The position numbers were made by a program, and so were the translations under genes. A stretch of DNA of 64,000 nucleotides from Planctomycetota bacterium (GTDB taxonomy: Bacteria > Planctomycetota > UBA8108 > SXIK01): NCBI GenBank assembly GCA_965223265.1, contig OZ244999.1, positions 7,744,001-7,808,000 of the forward strand. Reading direction: 5' to 3'. Positions 1-10,081 of the stretch are shown one piece after another. Under the pieces are notes generated by a model. It was not told the DNA's origin. It worked only from the letters and a program-made list of their open reading frames with translations, and ran no database searches. Position 1 is the first letter of the stretch, and every line of letters starts with the position of its first letter.

Positions 1-94
1 AGAGCCCGACCCCGTGTCCCCGTGCCGCCCCTGCCTCTCAGGGGCCACGACCGTACTGCGGCGCGGAAAACGAAGACGTAGCGATGGAAGGTCG

Positions 95-123
95 ATTATA
101 GCCCAACGACCGAGGGGTGCGAA
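95..123 (-). promoter_or_regulatory. Putative sigma70 promoter pointing leftwards out of the window
   Basis: Minus-strand TTCGCA (123-118), 17 nt spacer, perfect TATAAT (100-95); divergent from the promoter at 174-203. Confidence 0.45.
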
Positions 124-173
124 AAGTTCTGTGCTTCGGATCACCGAACCCCCCGGGATCCGCACGTTTTCGT

Positions 174-203
174 TTGACTCCTTTTTTTTGAGGGTGGTAC
201 GAT
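174..203 (+). promoter_or_regulatory. Putative sigma70 promoter for the gene at 500
   Basis: TTGACT (174-179), 18 nt spacer, TGn extended -10 TACGAT (198-203). Confidence 0.6.
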
Positions 204-499
204 CGAACGTCTCATTTGGGTTGTTAGGCGTAGGTCAAGAAGCGGCTCCCGGCTGAATCCGCGTTGATGCGGTTTGTCTTCAACTGCGCCGAGCTACTTG
301 TTCTTCAAGTATCGCTGCAGGATGAGAAAGGAGGCGCGTTTCGTACCCTATGGCGAGAAATGAGCAAACGAGGGAATGAAAGGAACGCTCTAGGGTTCAC
401 GGCTCGAGAAAGGGTGAGGCCTGTGTCGCGGTGACACCGGGCCAAGGAATTACCACAGTATCTTTATCTTTCCCAATTCTCTTGAGGGAGGGTTTTCAT

Positions 500-2368
500 A
501 TGCTGAGATTCAGCACGCTTGTCGCCGTCATGTGCCTGACGACGACCTTCACGTTCGCGCAGATTACTCCTGGTGGCCTGCCGGGAGGTCAAGCGCGTAT
601 TCTTCCTGACTACATTCCGCATATCGACGTTCGCCTCGACAAGCCGGACAACTCCTTCTGGGAAACGTACCAGTCGGGTCCGATCGGAACGGATGCTTTC
701 GTTGTCTCGGTGAACGTCGCGGTCGTTGACACCGACAGTGTCGACACTCTGATGAGCGCCGGTGCGGTGATCGCGCCCGTCGACGGTAGCGCGCCGCTCG
801 ACACGAATTCGTTCTGGGTCGATGACTTCAGCGCTGCGTACCTCGGCCAGATCAACGAGACGCGCCAAAGCGGTAACCCCGGCCGCGCGGCTGGCGACGC
901 CCGCCCCGGCGGTACCTTCTGGATCGGCGGTATGGAAGCGAATCCTCACTTCTACGAGGAGTTCCAGGCCGACAACCGCTGGGACCTCGGACTGATCTAC
1001 GGTGACGGCGTCAGTGACGGCCGTTACGGTGCCGTCCAGGGTCACAACTATGACGCGGGGACCAACACCTCCGCGCCGGCGTTCCGTGCCAACAGCGGTA
1101 TCCTCAAAGACGAGACGTTCGGCGACCTGACCGGAAACGGCCAGATCGGGCGTTTCGGCGGCGAGATCACGGTCCTCGACGACGGCAATGCCGTTGTCCT
1201 GATTGACGACCGCTCCGGACTCTTCGACGCTGGCACCGCTGCGACCGCGATCATCATGGACCAGGAAGGCAACACTGTGGTGCCGACGCAGGTCCTGTCG
1301 ACCGGCGACCCATGGTCGAACATGACGTCGACCGACGGTGGCTTTGCCGTTCGTCGCGGTAACTTCGAAGGTGGGCAGATTTTCTTCTACGATAACAATG
1401 GCGATCTGCGCGGTCAGATCTCGCAGAACGGTGATGCTGACGAAGTCATCAACCTCGCGGGTGGTGGTTTCGACGGCGGTCGCGGCGACGGTACCCGCAT
1501 CGGCGGCCACGTCAACCACCAGTTCGTCTTTCTCGCTGGTACGATCACCCGCACGGTGGACGAGCAGCCGCAGGAAAACGTCTGGGTCGCAGCGTTCAAC
1601 GCTACCGACGTCAGTTTCGTGAACGCCGTCAATGTCAACGAGCTGAACGAAGACAACGGCGGCACGGATTCCGACAACTTCCTGGCTGATTTCGATCGCG
1701 TTGCGGTCGCTACGGACGCTCTCGGCCGCCTCACGGTGGCTTGGGATACGATCCTGCCGGGCGTGACGACGCAGAACCAGTGGGTCGGTCGTCACCTGGC
1801 GTTCGACGCCACGGACGGTAGCTTCGCCTACCAGTCGCCGTCGTACTTCGTCTTCGAAAACCACCAGACCGGTGACACCGGCGAAGCTCCGATTCGCACG
1901 ACGCAGGGCTCGGTCGCCATGACCACCCGCGAGGTGTGCTTCGGCGCCAAGGGTGAGGTCAACACCGACAACGATCCGAGCCAGGGTGCCAACACCCCGG
2001 GTCAGGTCAACGTCATCACGATCGTCGCCCACCCCGATCCGCAAGACGATCCGACGCCTCCGGCCGGTACGAAGGTCAAGCCGGGCGATGTCAACCTCGA
2101 CGGTGGGGTCGATATCTCCGATCCGGTCGCCGACCTCAACTTCCAGTTCGCCGGTATCGCGCTTGATCCGTGCCTCATCGACGGTATCTCGATCAGCGCC
2201 GGCGGTCTGCCGCTCGTCGACTTCAACGGTGACGGCGGACACGACATCTCCGACCCAGTGGCGTCGCTCAACTGGCAGTTCGCCGGTGGCGGCAACCCGC
2301 CGCACGTCCTCGGCCTCAACTGTACGACGTTCGCCATTGACTGCGACGTCGATTGCAGCGACGGCTAA
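500..2368 (+). CDS. Secreted acidic Gly/Asp-rich protein with C-terminal dockerin-like (double EF-hand) module
   Basis: GAGGGAGG RBS before ATG 500; signal peptide MLRFSTLVAVMCLTTTFTFA; C-terminal GDVNLDGGVDISDPV...DFNGDGGHDISDPV with Cys residues; own promoter and terminator. Confidence 0.85.
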   Translation: MLRFSTLVAVMCLTTTFTFAQITPGGLPGGQARILPDYIPHIDVRLDKPDNSFWETYQSGPIGTDAFVVSVNVAVVDTDSVDTLMSAGAVIAPVDGSAPLDTNSFWVDDFSAAYLGQINETRQSGNPGRAAGDARPGGTFWIGGMEANPHFYEEFQADNRWDLGLIYGDGVSDGRYGAVQGHNYDAGTNTSAPAFRANSGILKDETFGDLTGNGQIGRFGGEITVLDDGNAVVLIDDRSGLFDAGTAATAIIMDQEGNTVVPTQVLSTGDPWSNMTSTDGGFAVRRGNFEGGQIFFYDNNGDLRGQISQNGDADEVINLAGGGFDGGRGDGTRIGGHVNHQFVFLAGTITRTVDEQPQENVWVAAFNATDVSFVNAVNVNELNEDNGGTDSDNFLADFDRVAVATDALGRLTVAWDTILPGVTTQNQWVGRHLAFDATDGSFAYQSPSYFVFENHQTGDTGEAPIRTTQGSVAMTTREVCFGAKGEVNTDNDPSQGANTPGQVNVITIVAHPDPQDDPTPPAGTKVKPGDVNLDGGVDISDPVADLNFQFAGIALDPCLIDGISISAGGLPLVDFNGDGGHDISDPVASLNWQFAGGGNPPHVLGLNCTTFAIDCDVDCSDG

Positions 2369-2414
2369 GTACACTCGCACGACGTGACCTCCGGGTCACG
2401 CCGAGCGTTGGGTG

Positions 2415-2453
2415 AAACACCCGAGCGACACGACGTCGCTCGGGTGTTTTTTT
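2415..2453 (+). terminator. Rho-independent terminator
   Basis: Perfect 15-bp stem AAACACCCGAGCGAC/GTCGCTCGGGTGTTT, 5-nt loop, T-tract. Confidence 0.85.
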
Positions 2454-2520
2454 GTATCGAGTCGGGAGACAAACGGGTAGTGATGGCGCGCCGAGGGTAG
2501 AACGGCTCTGACACACGGAT

Positions 2521-3594
2521 ATGACGGGCAAAAGCTCTTACAACATCGCTCTCTTCCCCGGCGACGGCATCGGTCAAGAGGTCACCCGCAGCGCCGCGGC
2601 GGTGCTCGCCCGGGCCTCCGAACAGCATGGACTCAAGCTGCAGCTAACGCAGTTTCCGTGGGGCGTCGACTACTACGAACAGCACGGTCGCGTCGTAGCA
2701 CCTGACTACCTCGAGACGCTGCAGGCCTTCGATGCGATCTTCCTAGGCGCGGTCGGTTATCCGTCACGGCTGGCGGATCACATCACCCTGGCACCCCTCG
2801 TCGAGATCCGTCAACGTTTCGATCAGTACGTGTGCCTGCGGCCGGCGAAGCTTCTCTCGGGAGTTCGTTCACCGCTGCGTGACGTCGAGAGCGATGCGCA
2901 GTCCGTCGACATGGTGATCCTGCGCGAGAACTCCGAGGGCGAATACCTTCCTGTCGGTGGCCGCTGCCGTGTCGGTGCTCCGGAAGAAGTTGCAGTGCAG
3001 ACGGCGATTCACAGCCGCCGCGGTGTGGAGCGTGCCCTGAGGTTCGGGTTCGACCTCGCTGCCAAGCGGCGCAAAAAACTCACCATGGTGACAAAGTCGA
3101 ACGCGCTCCGTTACGCCTTCGTTCTCTGGGACGAGGTACTCGAGAGTGTTCGCGGCGACTATCCAAACGTCGCCGCCGAGCGCCTCCACGCCGACGCGGC
3201 CGCGATGGATTTCGTGCGGCGACCGGGAGATTTCGACGTCGTCGTCGCCTCAAACCTCTTCGGTGATCTCCTCACCGATCTCTCCGCTGTGATCGTCGGC
3301 GGTTTGGGCCTCGCGCCGAGCGCCAACATCAATCCCGAGCGCAAGTTCCCATCACTGTTCGAGCCGGTGCACGGCTCCGCGCCTGACATCGCGGGCAAAG
3401 GCATCGCCAACCCCGTCGCCGCGATTCTCAGCGCCGCGATGATGCTGGAGTGGCTCGAGCAACGCGGCGCGGCCGAGCGTATTCGCGCCGCGGTCGAAGG
3501 GGCGCTGCGCGACGGCTGCCGCACGCCCGACCTCGGCGGCGACTTGACGACGACGGGGATGACGGATGCCGTCGTGGCGCGGTTGGCGCGGTGA
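2521..3594 (+). CDS. Isocitrate/isopropylmalate dehydrogenase family (tartrate dehydrogenase/D-malate dehydrogenase-like)
   Basis: PGDGIGQEV, RENSEGEY, TKSNA, NLFGDLLTDL, FEPVHGSAPDIAGKGIANP motifs. Confidence 0.9.
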   Translation: MTGKSSYNIALFPGDGIGQEVTRSAAAVLARASEQHGLKLQLTQFPWGVDYYEQHGRVVAPDYLETLQAFDAIFLGAVGYPSRLADHITLAPLVEIRQRFDQYVCLRPAKLLSGVRSPLRDVESDAQSVDMVILRENSEGEYLPVGGRCRVGAPEEVAVQTAIHSRRGVERALRFGFDLAAKRRKKLTMVTKSNALRYAFVLWDEVLESVRGDYPNVAAERLHADAAAMDFVRRPGDFDVVVASNLFGDLLTDLSAVIVGGLGLAPSANINPERKFPSLFEPVHGSAPDIAGKGIANPVAAILSAAMMLEWLEQRGAAERIRAAVEGALRDGCRTPDLGGDLTTTGMTDAVVARLAR

Positions 3595-3615
3595 GGAACG
3601 ATCTCGACGCTGCGA

Positions 3616-3644
3616 AAAGTAGCTGGCCCACGCCTGTGTGCCGT
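3616..3644. repeat. Degenerate GTAG-type REP-like palindrome
   Basis: AAAGTAGCTGGCCCACGCCTGTGTGCCGT resembles AAAGTAGCAGGCACACTCCGTGTGCCGT at 50490. Confidence 0.6.
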
Positions 3645-3666
3645 CCGTGCCTAGCGCCACGAGTAC

Positions 3667-3861
3667 GCGCCACCTGTCTTCTTTCAGAGGGCGCGCGCCC
3701 AAAAGGACACCTGCCTTCGTTGTCTCCGTTACCTTCTGTTCGATTCCCACTGCGATCACGCTGAGGAGTTCTTGACAGAAAGAAACGGACGAAACAGACG
3801 AAACGAAGGCACGACGACAACGACTGCCACCCTCCCGAGTGGGCGCCACCTGTCTTCTTTC
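3667..3861. repeat. Composite intergenic element: 19-bp direct repeats flanking an imperfect inverted pair
   Basis: GCGCCACCTGTCTTCTTTC at 3667-3685 and 3843-3861; inner CTTCGTTGTCTCCGTTACCTTCTGT (3715-3739) is roughly inverted to ACAGAAAGAAACGGACGAAACAGACGAAACGAAG (3775-3808). Confidence 0.7.
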
Positions 3862-3897
3862 GGGGCGCCCGTCGGGGCACGACATCGGTCTCAGCAG

Positions 3898-4980
3898 TCA
3901 CCGCTCCTCGTCGTCCTTGCCGAGCGCACGCTCAACGAACTCGCGTAGCTCGTTCACCTCGTCGCGTAGGCGCTCGATCTCGTGCCAGACGCGGCGGTGC
4001 TCGCGATGCTCCCGATGGCGACGCTCGTCGTGACGCCGCTCCGCGTCGCGATCGCGCCGACGCTCCAAAGCCATCTCCGTACGCTCAGCTTCCTCGGCCA
4101 GCTCACGCGCCTCGTCGAGCCGGCCGCGCAGCCTCGCCCGCAGCGACTCCTTGCGCAGCTCGCCGATGTGCTCGATGGCCTCTTCGAACTCACGCTCGCG
4201 ACGCTCTGCATGACTGTCGTCGTGACCGCTGCGGCGCTCCAGTTTTCGCAGCTGGTGTTGCAGTCGATCGATCTCACGCTCAAGAACCTCGGCCTCGTGC
4301 CGGTTCTCTGCGGCGCCCTCGTCGTCACCACGGTCCTCGGCCCTGACAAGCTCAGCATGCCTGAGCTCCAGTTGTCGTTTCTCTTCTGTAAGCCGCGCCA
4401 AGAGCTCGCGGTGCTCCAATGATCGGGCGTGCGCTCTGTCGCGCTGGCGCGCCATGCGGTACTCGGTCTCAGCGTGTGCTGTCTCGCGCTGGCGCTCGAG
4501 CTCTTGGCGTCGCCACTTGATCATGCGGTTGAGGTCGCTGAGTTGAAGATCGAGCACGCGCACTTCGTCCTCACGCCCGAGGCGCTTGAGCTCACTCATC
4601 TCGGCCGCTTTCTCGTCTACGAGGCGTTCGAGCTCCGCTAGCGGCGGCAGCCGAGCCGCGTCCGGGCGAGCCTGCGCGGCGGAGGCCAGCTCTCGTGCCT
4701 TCTTCAGCTCCGCTTCCAGGGCCCCGAGTCGGAACGAAAGCGCGAAAACCTGCTGGCGCAAAACGTCGACCTCCCGTTCGGGCGCCTTCTTCCGCGCAGC
4801 GGCGGACGCATCCTCCGCATGATCGATCGCACCCGCCGCCTCAGACTCAGGTTCACGGAGTTCACGAAGACGCTCGACCTTTTCGTCTTCGGCCTGCGCT
4901 AGGCCAAGGTCATCAAGTCCGATCAAAAGGAGGATCGCAGCTGTGGCGCCCGCGGCTGAAAGCTGGACAAGTCGTTTCAT
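3898..4980 (-). CDS. Secreted/periplasmic charged coiled-coil protein with His/Arg/Glu-rich tail
   Basis: GGAGG RBS before ATG 4980; signal peptide MKRLVQLSAAGATAAILLLIG; E/R/L heptads; third gene of ECF operon. Confidence 0.8.
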   Translation of the reverse strand: MKRLVQLSAAGATAAILLLIGLDDLGLAQAEDEKVERLRELREPESEAAGAIDHAEDASAAARKKAPEREVDVLRQQVFALSFRLGALEAELKKARELASAAQARPDAARLPPLAELERLVDEKAAEMSELKRLGREDEVRVLDLQLSDLNRMIKWRRQELERQRETAHAETEYRMARQRDRAHARSLEHRELLARLTEEKRQLELRHAELVRAEDRGDDEGAAENRHEAEVLEREIDRLQHQLRKLERRSGHDDSHAERREREFEEAIEHIGELRKESLRARLRGRLDEARELAEEAERTEMALERRRDRDAERRHDERRHREHREHRRVWHEIERLRDEVNELREFVERALGKDDEER

Positions 4981-5038
4981 GATGAAAACCTCCGGTTGAG
5001 GGAACAGTTCGAAATCAGCATTCCTCGTGGCGACGTAC

Positions 5039-5803
5039 TCACGGTTGGCTCGCTTGCGTCGCTCGTTCAGACTCTCCGGGTTCGCGCACCACACCGCCAC
5101 TCGGTTCGAGAGTGTCACCGGCGCGTTCGACAGCTGCGCGTGGACCCGCCTCAAGTCGCTCGACATGGGCGGAAAGCTCCTCGAGAAGCGCCTGACAACG
5201 CTGCAGGCGCTCTTGCCCGATTTCACGTGTGCCGCGGTGCGCACGCGGAATCTGCTCGATACGGTCGTGAAGCGCCTCGAGTTCTGTCGCTAGTTGCACG
5301 AGTTCCCGGCGAGCATCGGCGAGCGACGCGTCAATCTTCGCAATGGTGCCGCCGTCGTCATCAACTCTCAAAGGAGTCTCTTCCCACGGGCGTGAACTGC
5401 TCGCCATGTTCGCCAAAGCGTCGCGCGGCGCACGCTGCGATGGCGCCACCGTCCGCGACTCTTCAGTCGAACGAGCGTCCAGAGCGTCGGGAGCCTTCGG
5501 GTTGAGCAAGGGTGACTGCGATGACTGCGCCGCGTCCGAATCTGTAGCGGCCAGATCTGGTACTTCTGAAACGTTCGGCACCCCCGCAGTACGAGAAGCC
5601 GGCGCGATCCAGGTGAGCGCCGCAGCGAACAAAGTGCCTGCAGCCAGCCCGACGCTCAGGAACCAGCTCCTCTGCCGTACGCGCCGCCGACGGAGCGCCT
5701 CGGCTTGGGCGATCAAACAGATGCGTGCGCGAGCCTCGTCCGACGGTCGCTGACACTCGACGCCCGCAAAGAGATCTGAGCCGCGATCGAATTCAGCTGT
5801 CAC
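5039..5803 (-). CDS. Putative transmembrane anti-sigma factor
   Basis: GTG start overlaps end of ECF gene with AAGGAG RBS; basic RRRR stretch, then TM helix WFLSVGLAAGTLFAAALTWIA, then coiled coil. Confidence 0.7.
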   Translation of the reverse strand: MTAEFDRGSDLFAGVECQRPSDEARARICLIAQAEALRRRRVRQRSWFLSVGLAAGTLFAAALTWIAPASRTAGVPNVSEVPDLAATDSDAAQSSQSPLLNPKAPDALDARSTEESRTVAPSQRAPRDALANMASSSRPWEETPLRVDDDGGTIAKIDASLADARRELVQLATELEALHDRIEQIPRAHRGTREIGQERLQRCQALLEELSAHVERLEAGPRAAVERAGDTLEPSGGVVREPGESERATQASQP

Positions 5804-6362
5804 GATCTCTCCTTCTTGCCGTCGCCAACAAGGCGCGCCGCAACTTCTCGATGCCGGCGCGATAGCGCGACACGACCGTGGCTTCCGGCACCTCAACGAC
5901 AGCCGCGATGTCGATGAACTTCATGCCGGCGAGATCGCGAAGAACGACCGCTTCGCGCTGCGGATCGGGGAGCTCGTGCAGCTGATAGCTCAAGTCCTCG
6001 GCGTCGACCACAGCACCATCGCGCGAGCACGACACCGGTTCAGCCCGAAAGAACGGATCACGCGAACGACTCTCGAGAGCAGTGCGGCCTCGCATTTCGC
6101 GCCGATGCCAATCGATCGCCAAGCGCCGCGCTGCCTGGAAGAGGAAAGGTCCCATGTCCTCACGCGTTTCGAGACTGCCAAGGCTTCGCAGGAGACGCCC
6201 GAACGTCTCCTGCACCAAGTCCTCAGCGACCTCGCGCCGGCGCACAAACGCCAACACAAAGACGTAGAGCGCTGCGGCGTGACGGTCGTAGAAGGCGGTG
6301 AAAGCCGCCTCTTTGCCACGCTGGTAGGCGAGGATCAGGTCGCGGTCGCTGCCTTGGTTCAT
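5793..6362 (-). CDS. ECF RNA polymerase sigma factor (canonical)
   Basis: sigma2 AAFTAFYDRH...VAEDLVQETF; sigma4 LPDPQREAVVLRDLAGMKFIDIAAVVEVPEATVVSRY. Confidence 0.9.
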   Translation of the reverse strand: MNQGSDRDLILAYQRGKEAAFTAFYDRHAAALYVFVLAFVRRREVAEDLVQETFGRLLRSLGSLETREDMGPFLFQAARRLAIDWHRREMRGRTALESRSRDPFFRAEPVSCSRDGAVVDAEDLSYQLHELPDPQREAVVLRDLAGMKFIDIAAVVEVPEATVVSRYRAGIEKLRRALLATARRRDRDS

Positions 6363-6678
6363 TTGCGAGGTAGAACGCTTGGGCCCAGCGAAACCTTTGA
6401 AAAAAGCGCTGTCAGCCATTGTGCCCGCCGCCATGGGCCGGAAACACATCTTCGCCGGCCGGCAAAAAATGAAGGCATGAAATGCCTCGACTCGCTGTTT
6501 TTGCAGGCGTGGGATCTGAATCGGCGTTCAGTCCCGCAAATTGTGTGTTCTGTATCTGTTAGTGCCGGACAAGCCGCCTCGAGGGGGCGCCGCAAACGCC
6601 TCCCAAACGCGCGTCCAAACGGCCAACGTGAACCCCTCACATCCCTCTGCGAGAAGCGCCAGGGCACAAACTATATCT

Positions 6679-6707
6679 TTCAAAAAAAGCCGTTTCTTGC
6701 GTAGAAT
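6679..6707 (+). promoter_or_regulatory. Possible sigma70 promoter of DUF1501 operon
   Basis: TTCAAA, 17 nt spacer, TAGAAT. Confidence 0.4.
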
Positions 6708-6919
6708 AGCGCCGCTACGCGGCGTGCGCCTGGGATTGGGCGGCGTAGCAGGGGACTCGCCGTTTGTGCGCGCGTGGGACGTCGTCGACACGGCTCCCGC
6801 GGCCACTCTAGCGCGTTGAAGGCCATCCGATGCGGATCGGATCGCCCCGCCCCGGCGTCTCTCACGACCACGCCGCTCTTCGCTTCGGCAACCCATCCGA
6901 GAATCGGAGGTCAGAGACC

Positions 6920-8389
6920 ATGTTGGTCATCCCTGGAGATCAAGGCAGAGTCACTTGTGACGGCATCACGCGGCGCGAGCTGCTGCGCATTGGTGGATCA
7001 GCGATGCTAGGCGTCGGCCTCTCACAGCTTCTCGAACTTCAAGAGGCGCAGGCCGCCGCCGCGGTGGCCAAGTCGGTCGGAGCCCCGGGCTGGAACAAGG
7101 CCAAAAGCGTCATCCTGATCTATTTGCAGGGCGGCCCCAGCCACATCGATCTGTGGGACCCAAAGGTCGATGCGCCTTCCGATGTCAAAAGCATCTACTC
7201 GACGATCAAGACCAAGGTCCCGGGCACTCAGGTGACCGAACTGCTGCCAAACCTTGCGAAGGTCACCGACAAACTGACGCTCGTTCGGACGATGAGCTAC
7301 ACGCCGGTGGGCCTCTTCAACCACACCGCGGCGATCTACCAGATGCTCACCGGCTACACGGCAGACAAAGTCAGCCCATCAGGTCAGCTCGAGCCACCAT
7401 CGCCGAAGGATTTTCCGAACGTTGGCTGCAACGTCGTCAAAGAAAAGCCGCCGGAAGTTCCCATGCTTCCGTTCGTCATGATGCCCCGGCCGCTCCAAGA
7501 GAGTAACGTTGTCGGCAAGGGCGGTACCGCCGGCTTCCTGGGCCGCGCGTTCGATCCGTTCTATCTCTACCCCCCGGGGGATGACTACGACAACACGAAG
7601 ATGGACAAGATTAAGGTCGATGATCTCACCATGCGACCGGAGATCTCGGTCCCGCGGCTGAAACGTCGGGCGAACGTGCTCGCAGCGCTGAACGAAGGCA
7701 TGCCGGCACTCGAGAAGGCGGTCGCCAAATACGATCTCGACGAGTACACGGACAGAGCGCTCAGCCTCGTCCTTTCTGGACGGGCACGGACGGCATTCGA
7801 CCTCAGCGCCGAGCCCGACAAGCTCCGAGACGAGTACGGCCGCAACACCTTCGGGCAATGCTGCCTGCTGGCTCGTCGACTCGTTGAGGCCGGTACACGC
7901 TTCGTCGAAATCAACTGGCCGAAGATCGCCAACTCGGATCGCCACTCATGGGACGTGCACGCCGGCCTTCCAGAGCGCATGAAGAAGCTCTCTGGACCGA
8001 TGCTCGACCCTGGCCTGGCGACCCTGATTCGGGATCTGGATGATCGCGGACAGCTGGACGAGACACTCGTCGTCGCCGTGGGTGAGTTCGGTCGTAGCCC
8101 GAAGCGAGGCGTCAGTACGTCGGGCAACAGCAACTCTGCTGACGGCCGTGACCACTGGCCGTACTGTTACACCGCGGTCCTCGCCGGCGCGGGCATCAAA
8201 CGCGGCGCGGTCTACGGCGAGTCCGATGCAACCGCCTCCGCACCGCTCAACAACCCAGTCAGCCCACAGCAGCTGCTGGCGACCATCTATCACACTCTGG
8301 GAATCGAACCTCACTCGATTGTTTACAACCACTTGAATCAGCCTCGTGAGCTCGTCAAAGGCGAAGCGGTTCTCGACCTGTTCGCTTGA
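6920..8389 (+). CDS. DUF1501 domain protein (twin-arginine-like N-terminus)
   Basis: GGAGG RBS; [55 protein letters not shown] motifs. Confidence 0.92.
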   Translation: MLVIPGDQGRVTCDGITRRELLRIGGSAMLGVGLSQLLELQEAQAAAAVAKSVGAPGWNKAKSVILIYLQGGPSHIDLWDPKVDAPSDVKSIYSTIKTKVPGTQVTELLPNLAKVTDKLTLVRTMSYTPVGLFNHTAAIYQMLTGYTADKVSPSGQLEPPSPKDFPNVGCNVVKEKPPEVPMLPFVMMPRPLQESNVVGKGGTAGFLGRAFDPFYLYPPGDDYDNTKMDKIKVDDLTMRPEISVPRLKRRANVLAALNEGMPALEKAVAKYDLDEYTDRALSLVLSGRARTAFDLSAEPDKLRDEYGRNTFGQCCLLARRLVEAGTRFVEINWPKIANSDRHSWDVHAGLPERMKKLSGPMLDPGLATLIRDLDDRGQLDETLVVAVGEFGRSPKRGVSTSGNSNSADGRDHWPYCYTAVLAGAGIKRGAVYGESDATASAPLNNPVSPQQLLATIYHTLGIEPHSIVYNHLNQPRELVKGEAVLDLFA

Positions 8390-8501
8390 GAGCCGGCAGA
8401 TTCGCCAAGCATTCGTCCCTTCAATCGCTAACTTCGCGCGGCGTACGAATGATGTAATGTCGCTGCGCGAGGTGCTCTCGGCTCGACGACCAATAGCCGC
8501 C

Positions 8502-10025
8502 ATGATCACTCGCCTCCGCTGCCTACTCATCTGTTCGCTCTTGACGTCATCTGCTGTCTTCGCGGCGGAAACGAACCCGGCGCCCGTTGAAGCTTCGACC
8601 AGCTTCTTTCGCGACGTGCTGCCGATTCTTCGCGAGCATTGCCAAGGGTGTCATCAGCCCGCAAAGGCAAACGGGAAGCTCGTCCTCACTGACTACGCCA
8701 GCCTCATGCAGGGTGGGCGTAGCGACGACGCCATCGTCGTCCCGGGTAAGCCTGACGAGAGTCTTCTGATCGCGGAGATCACACCAGACTCCGAAGGCAA
8801 AGCCTCGATGCCAAAGAAGGCGCCGCCGCTTTCGGCGCCCGACATCGAGGTCGTGCGAAAGTGGATTCTCGGCGGCGCCGGGAACGACACGCCGGCGGCG
8901 GCGGCGCGCCAGTACGACATGGACAACCCTCCAGTGTATCAGCGCCTGCCGGTGCTCACCGCGATCGACTTCTCGCCGGACGGCAACCTCGTCGCCGTCT
9001 CGGGCTATCATGAAGTGCTTCTGCATCGCGCCGACGGCAGCGGCGTGGTGGCGCGTTTGGTTGGCGCGTCGGAACGGATACAGTCTCTATCGTTTTCGCC
9101 GGACGGGAAACTGATCGCGGTGGCCGGCGGCTCACCGGGGCGCTTCGGTGAGATTCAGATCTGGGATGTCGATAAGGCGAAGCTTCGCCATTCGATCTCA
9201 AAGACGCACGACACACTCTACGGTATCAGCTGGTCGCGAGACGGCAGTAAACTGGCGTTCGGCTGCGCCGACAACTCCGTGCGCTCAGTTGACGTCAAGA
9301 GCGGAGAAGAAGTTCTCTTCAACGGCGCTCACAACGACTGGGTGCTGGCGACCGCGTTCTCGACGGACGACTCGCACCTCGTCTCGGTCAGCCGTGATCG
9401 TTCGCTGAAGCTGATCAAGGTCGATACGCAGCAGTTCATTGACAATATCACGAGCATCACGCCGGGCGCGCTCAAAGGCGGACTCATGGCCGTCGATTGC
9501 CATCCGAAGCGCGACGAGTTGCTGGTCGGCGGCGCGGACGGTGCACCCAAAATCTATCGGATGCACCGCGTCAAGGCGCGCCGGATCGGCGACGACTACA
9601 ATCTCATCAGCAGTTTTGACGCCGCACCCGGCCGCATCTTTTCGGCTCGCTTCAGCGCCGACGGCCAACGTTTCGCGGTCGGCAGCAGCTACAACGGCAG
9701 CGGTGAAGTGCGCTGCTACACGAGCGGACCGAGCGCCGAGGAACGTGACTCCGAAGAGAAAGCCAAGAAAGAGGCGGAACAGAATCAGGACAAAGAGGAG
9801 AGCGAGGACCAGAAGAGTCAGCTCGTAGAGGGCAAACTCGTCTGGAAAGTAGAGCTCGACACAGCGGTCTACTCGGTCGATTTTCATCCAGATGGCAACC
9901 GAGTTGCGGCAGCGGGATTCGACGGCAAAGTGCGTCTTTTCGACGCCAAGACGGGTGAACTCGTCAGCACGTTTGTCCCCGTTCCGCTCGTGGAGTCCGA
10001 AAAGGCGCGAACGCGCCTTTTCTAG
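8502..10025 (+). CDS. Planctomycete cytochrome c domain + WD40 repeat protein
   Basis: Signal peptide; FFRDVLPILREHCQGCH...PGKPDESLL...MP; repeated FSPDG WD40 blades; start could be 8457. Confidence 0.88.
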   Translation: MITRLRCLLICSLLTSSAVFAAETNPAPVEASTSFFRDVLPILREHCQGCHQPAKANGKLVLTDYASLMQGGRSDDAIVVPGKPDESLLIAEITPDSEGKASMPKKAPPLSAPDIEVVRKWILGGAGNDTPAAAARQYDMDNPPVYQRLPVLTAIDFSPDGNLVAVSGYHEVLLHRADGSGVVARLVGASERIQSLSFSPDGKLIAVAGGSPGRFGEIQIWDVDKAKLRHSISKTHDTLYGISWSRDGSKLAFGCADNSVRSVDVKSGEEVLFNGAHNDWVLATAFSTDDSHLVSVSRDRSLKLIKVDTQQFIDNITSITPGALKGGLMAVDCHPKRDELLVGGADGAPKIYRMHRVKARRIGDDYNLISSFDAAPGRIFSARFSADGQRFAVGSSYNGSGEVRCYTSGPSAEERDSEEKAKKEAEQNQDKEESEDQKSQLVEGKLVWKVELDTAVYSVDFHPDGNRVAAAGFDGKVRLFDAKTGELVSTFVPVPLVESEKARTRLF

Positions 10026-10081
10026 TCGTCAATCGCCGCGCGAGATGAGCAAGCAAACGCGAATCGTTAACGGGTAAGAGA

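Noticed and set aside
25-60. CTCTCAGG glycine-riboswitch-like or CTGAGA TPP-like element
   Set aside because: Other conserved aptamer motifs absent; explained as a simple GCCCCTG/CAGGGGC hairpin at the window edge
216-250. SRP RNA-like stem
   Set aside because: Lacks the CAGGNCCGGAAGGNAGCAG domain IV consensus
464-2380. 638-aa antisense ORF, and similar long shadows such as 29961-31400 and 58685-59899
   Set aside because: Mirror frames of codon-biased GC-rich genes; no motifs, RBS or realistic composition
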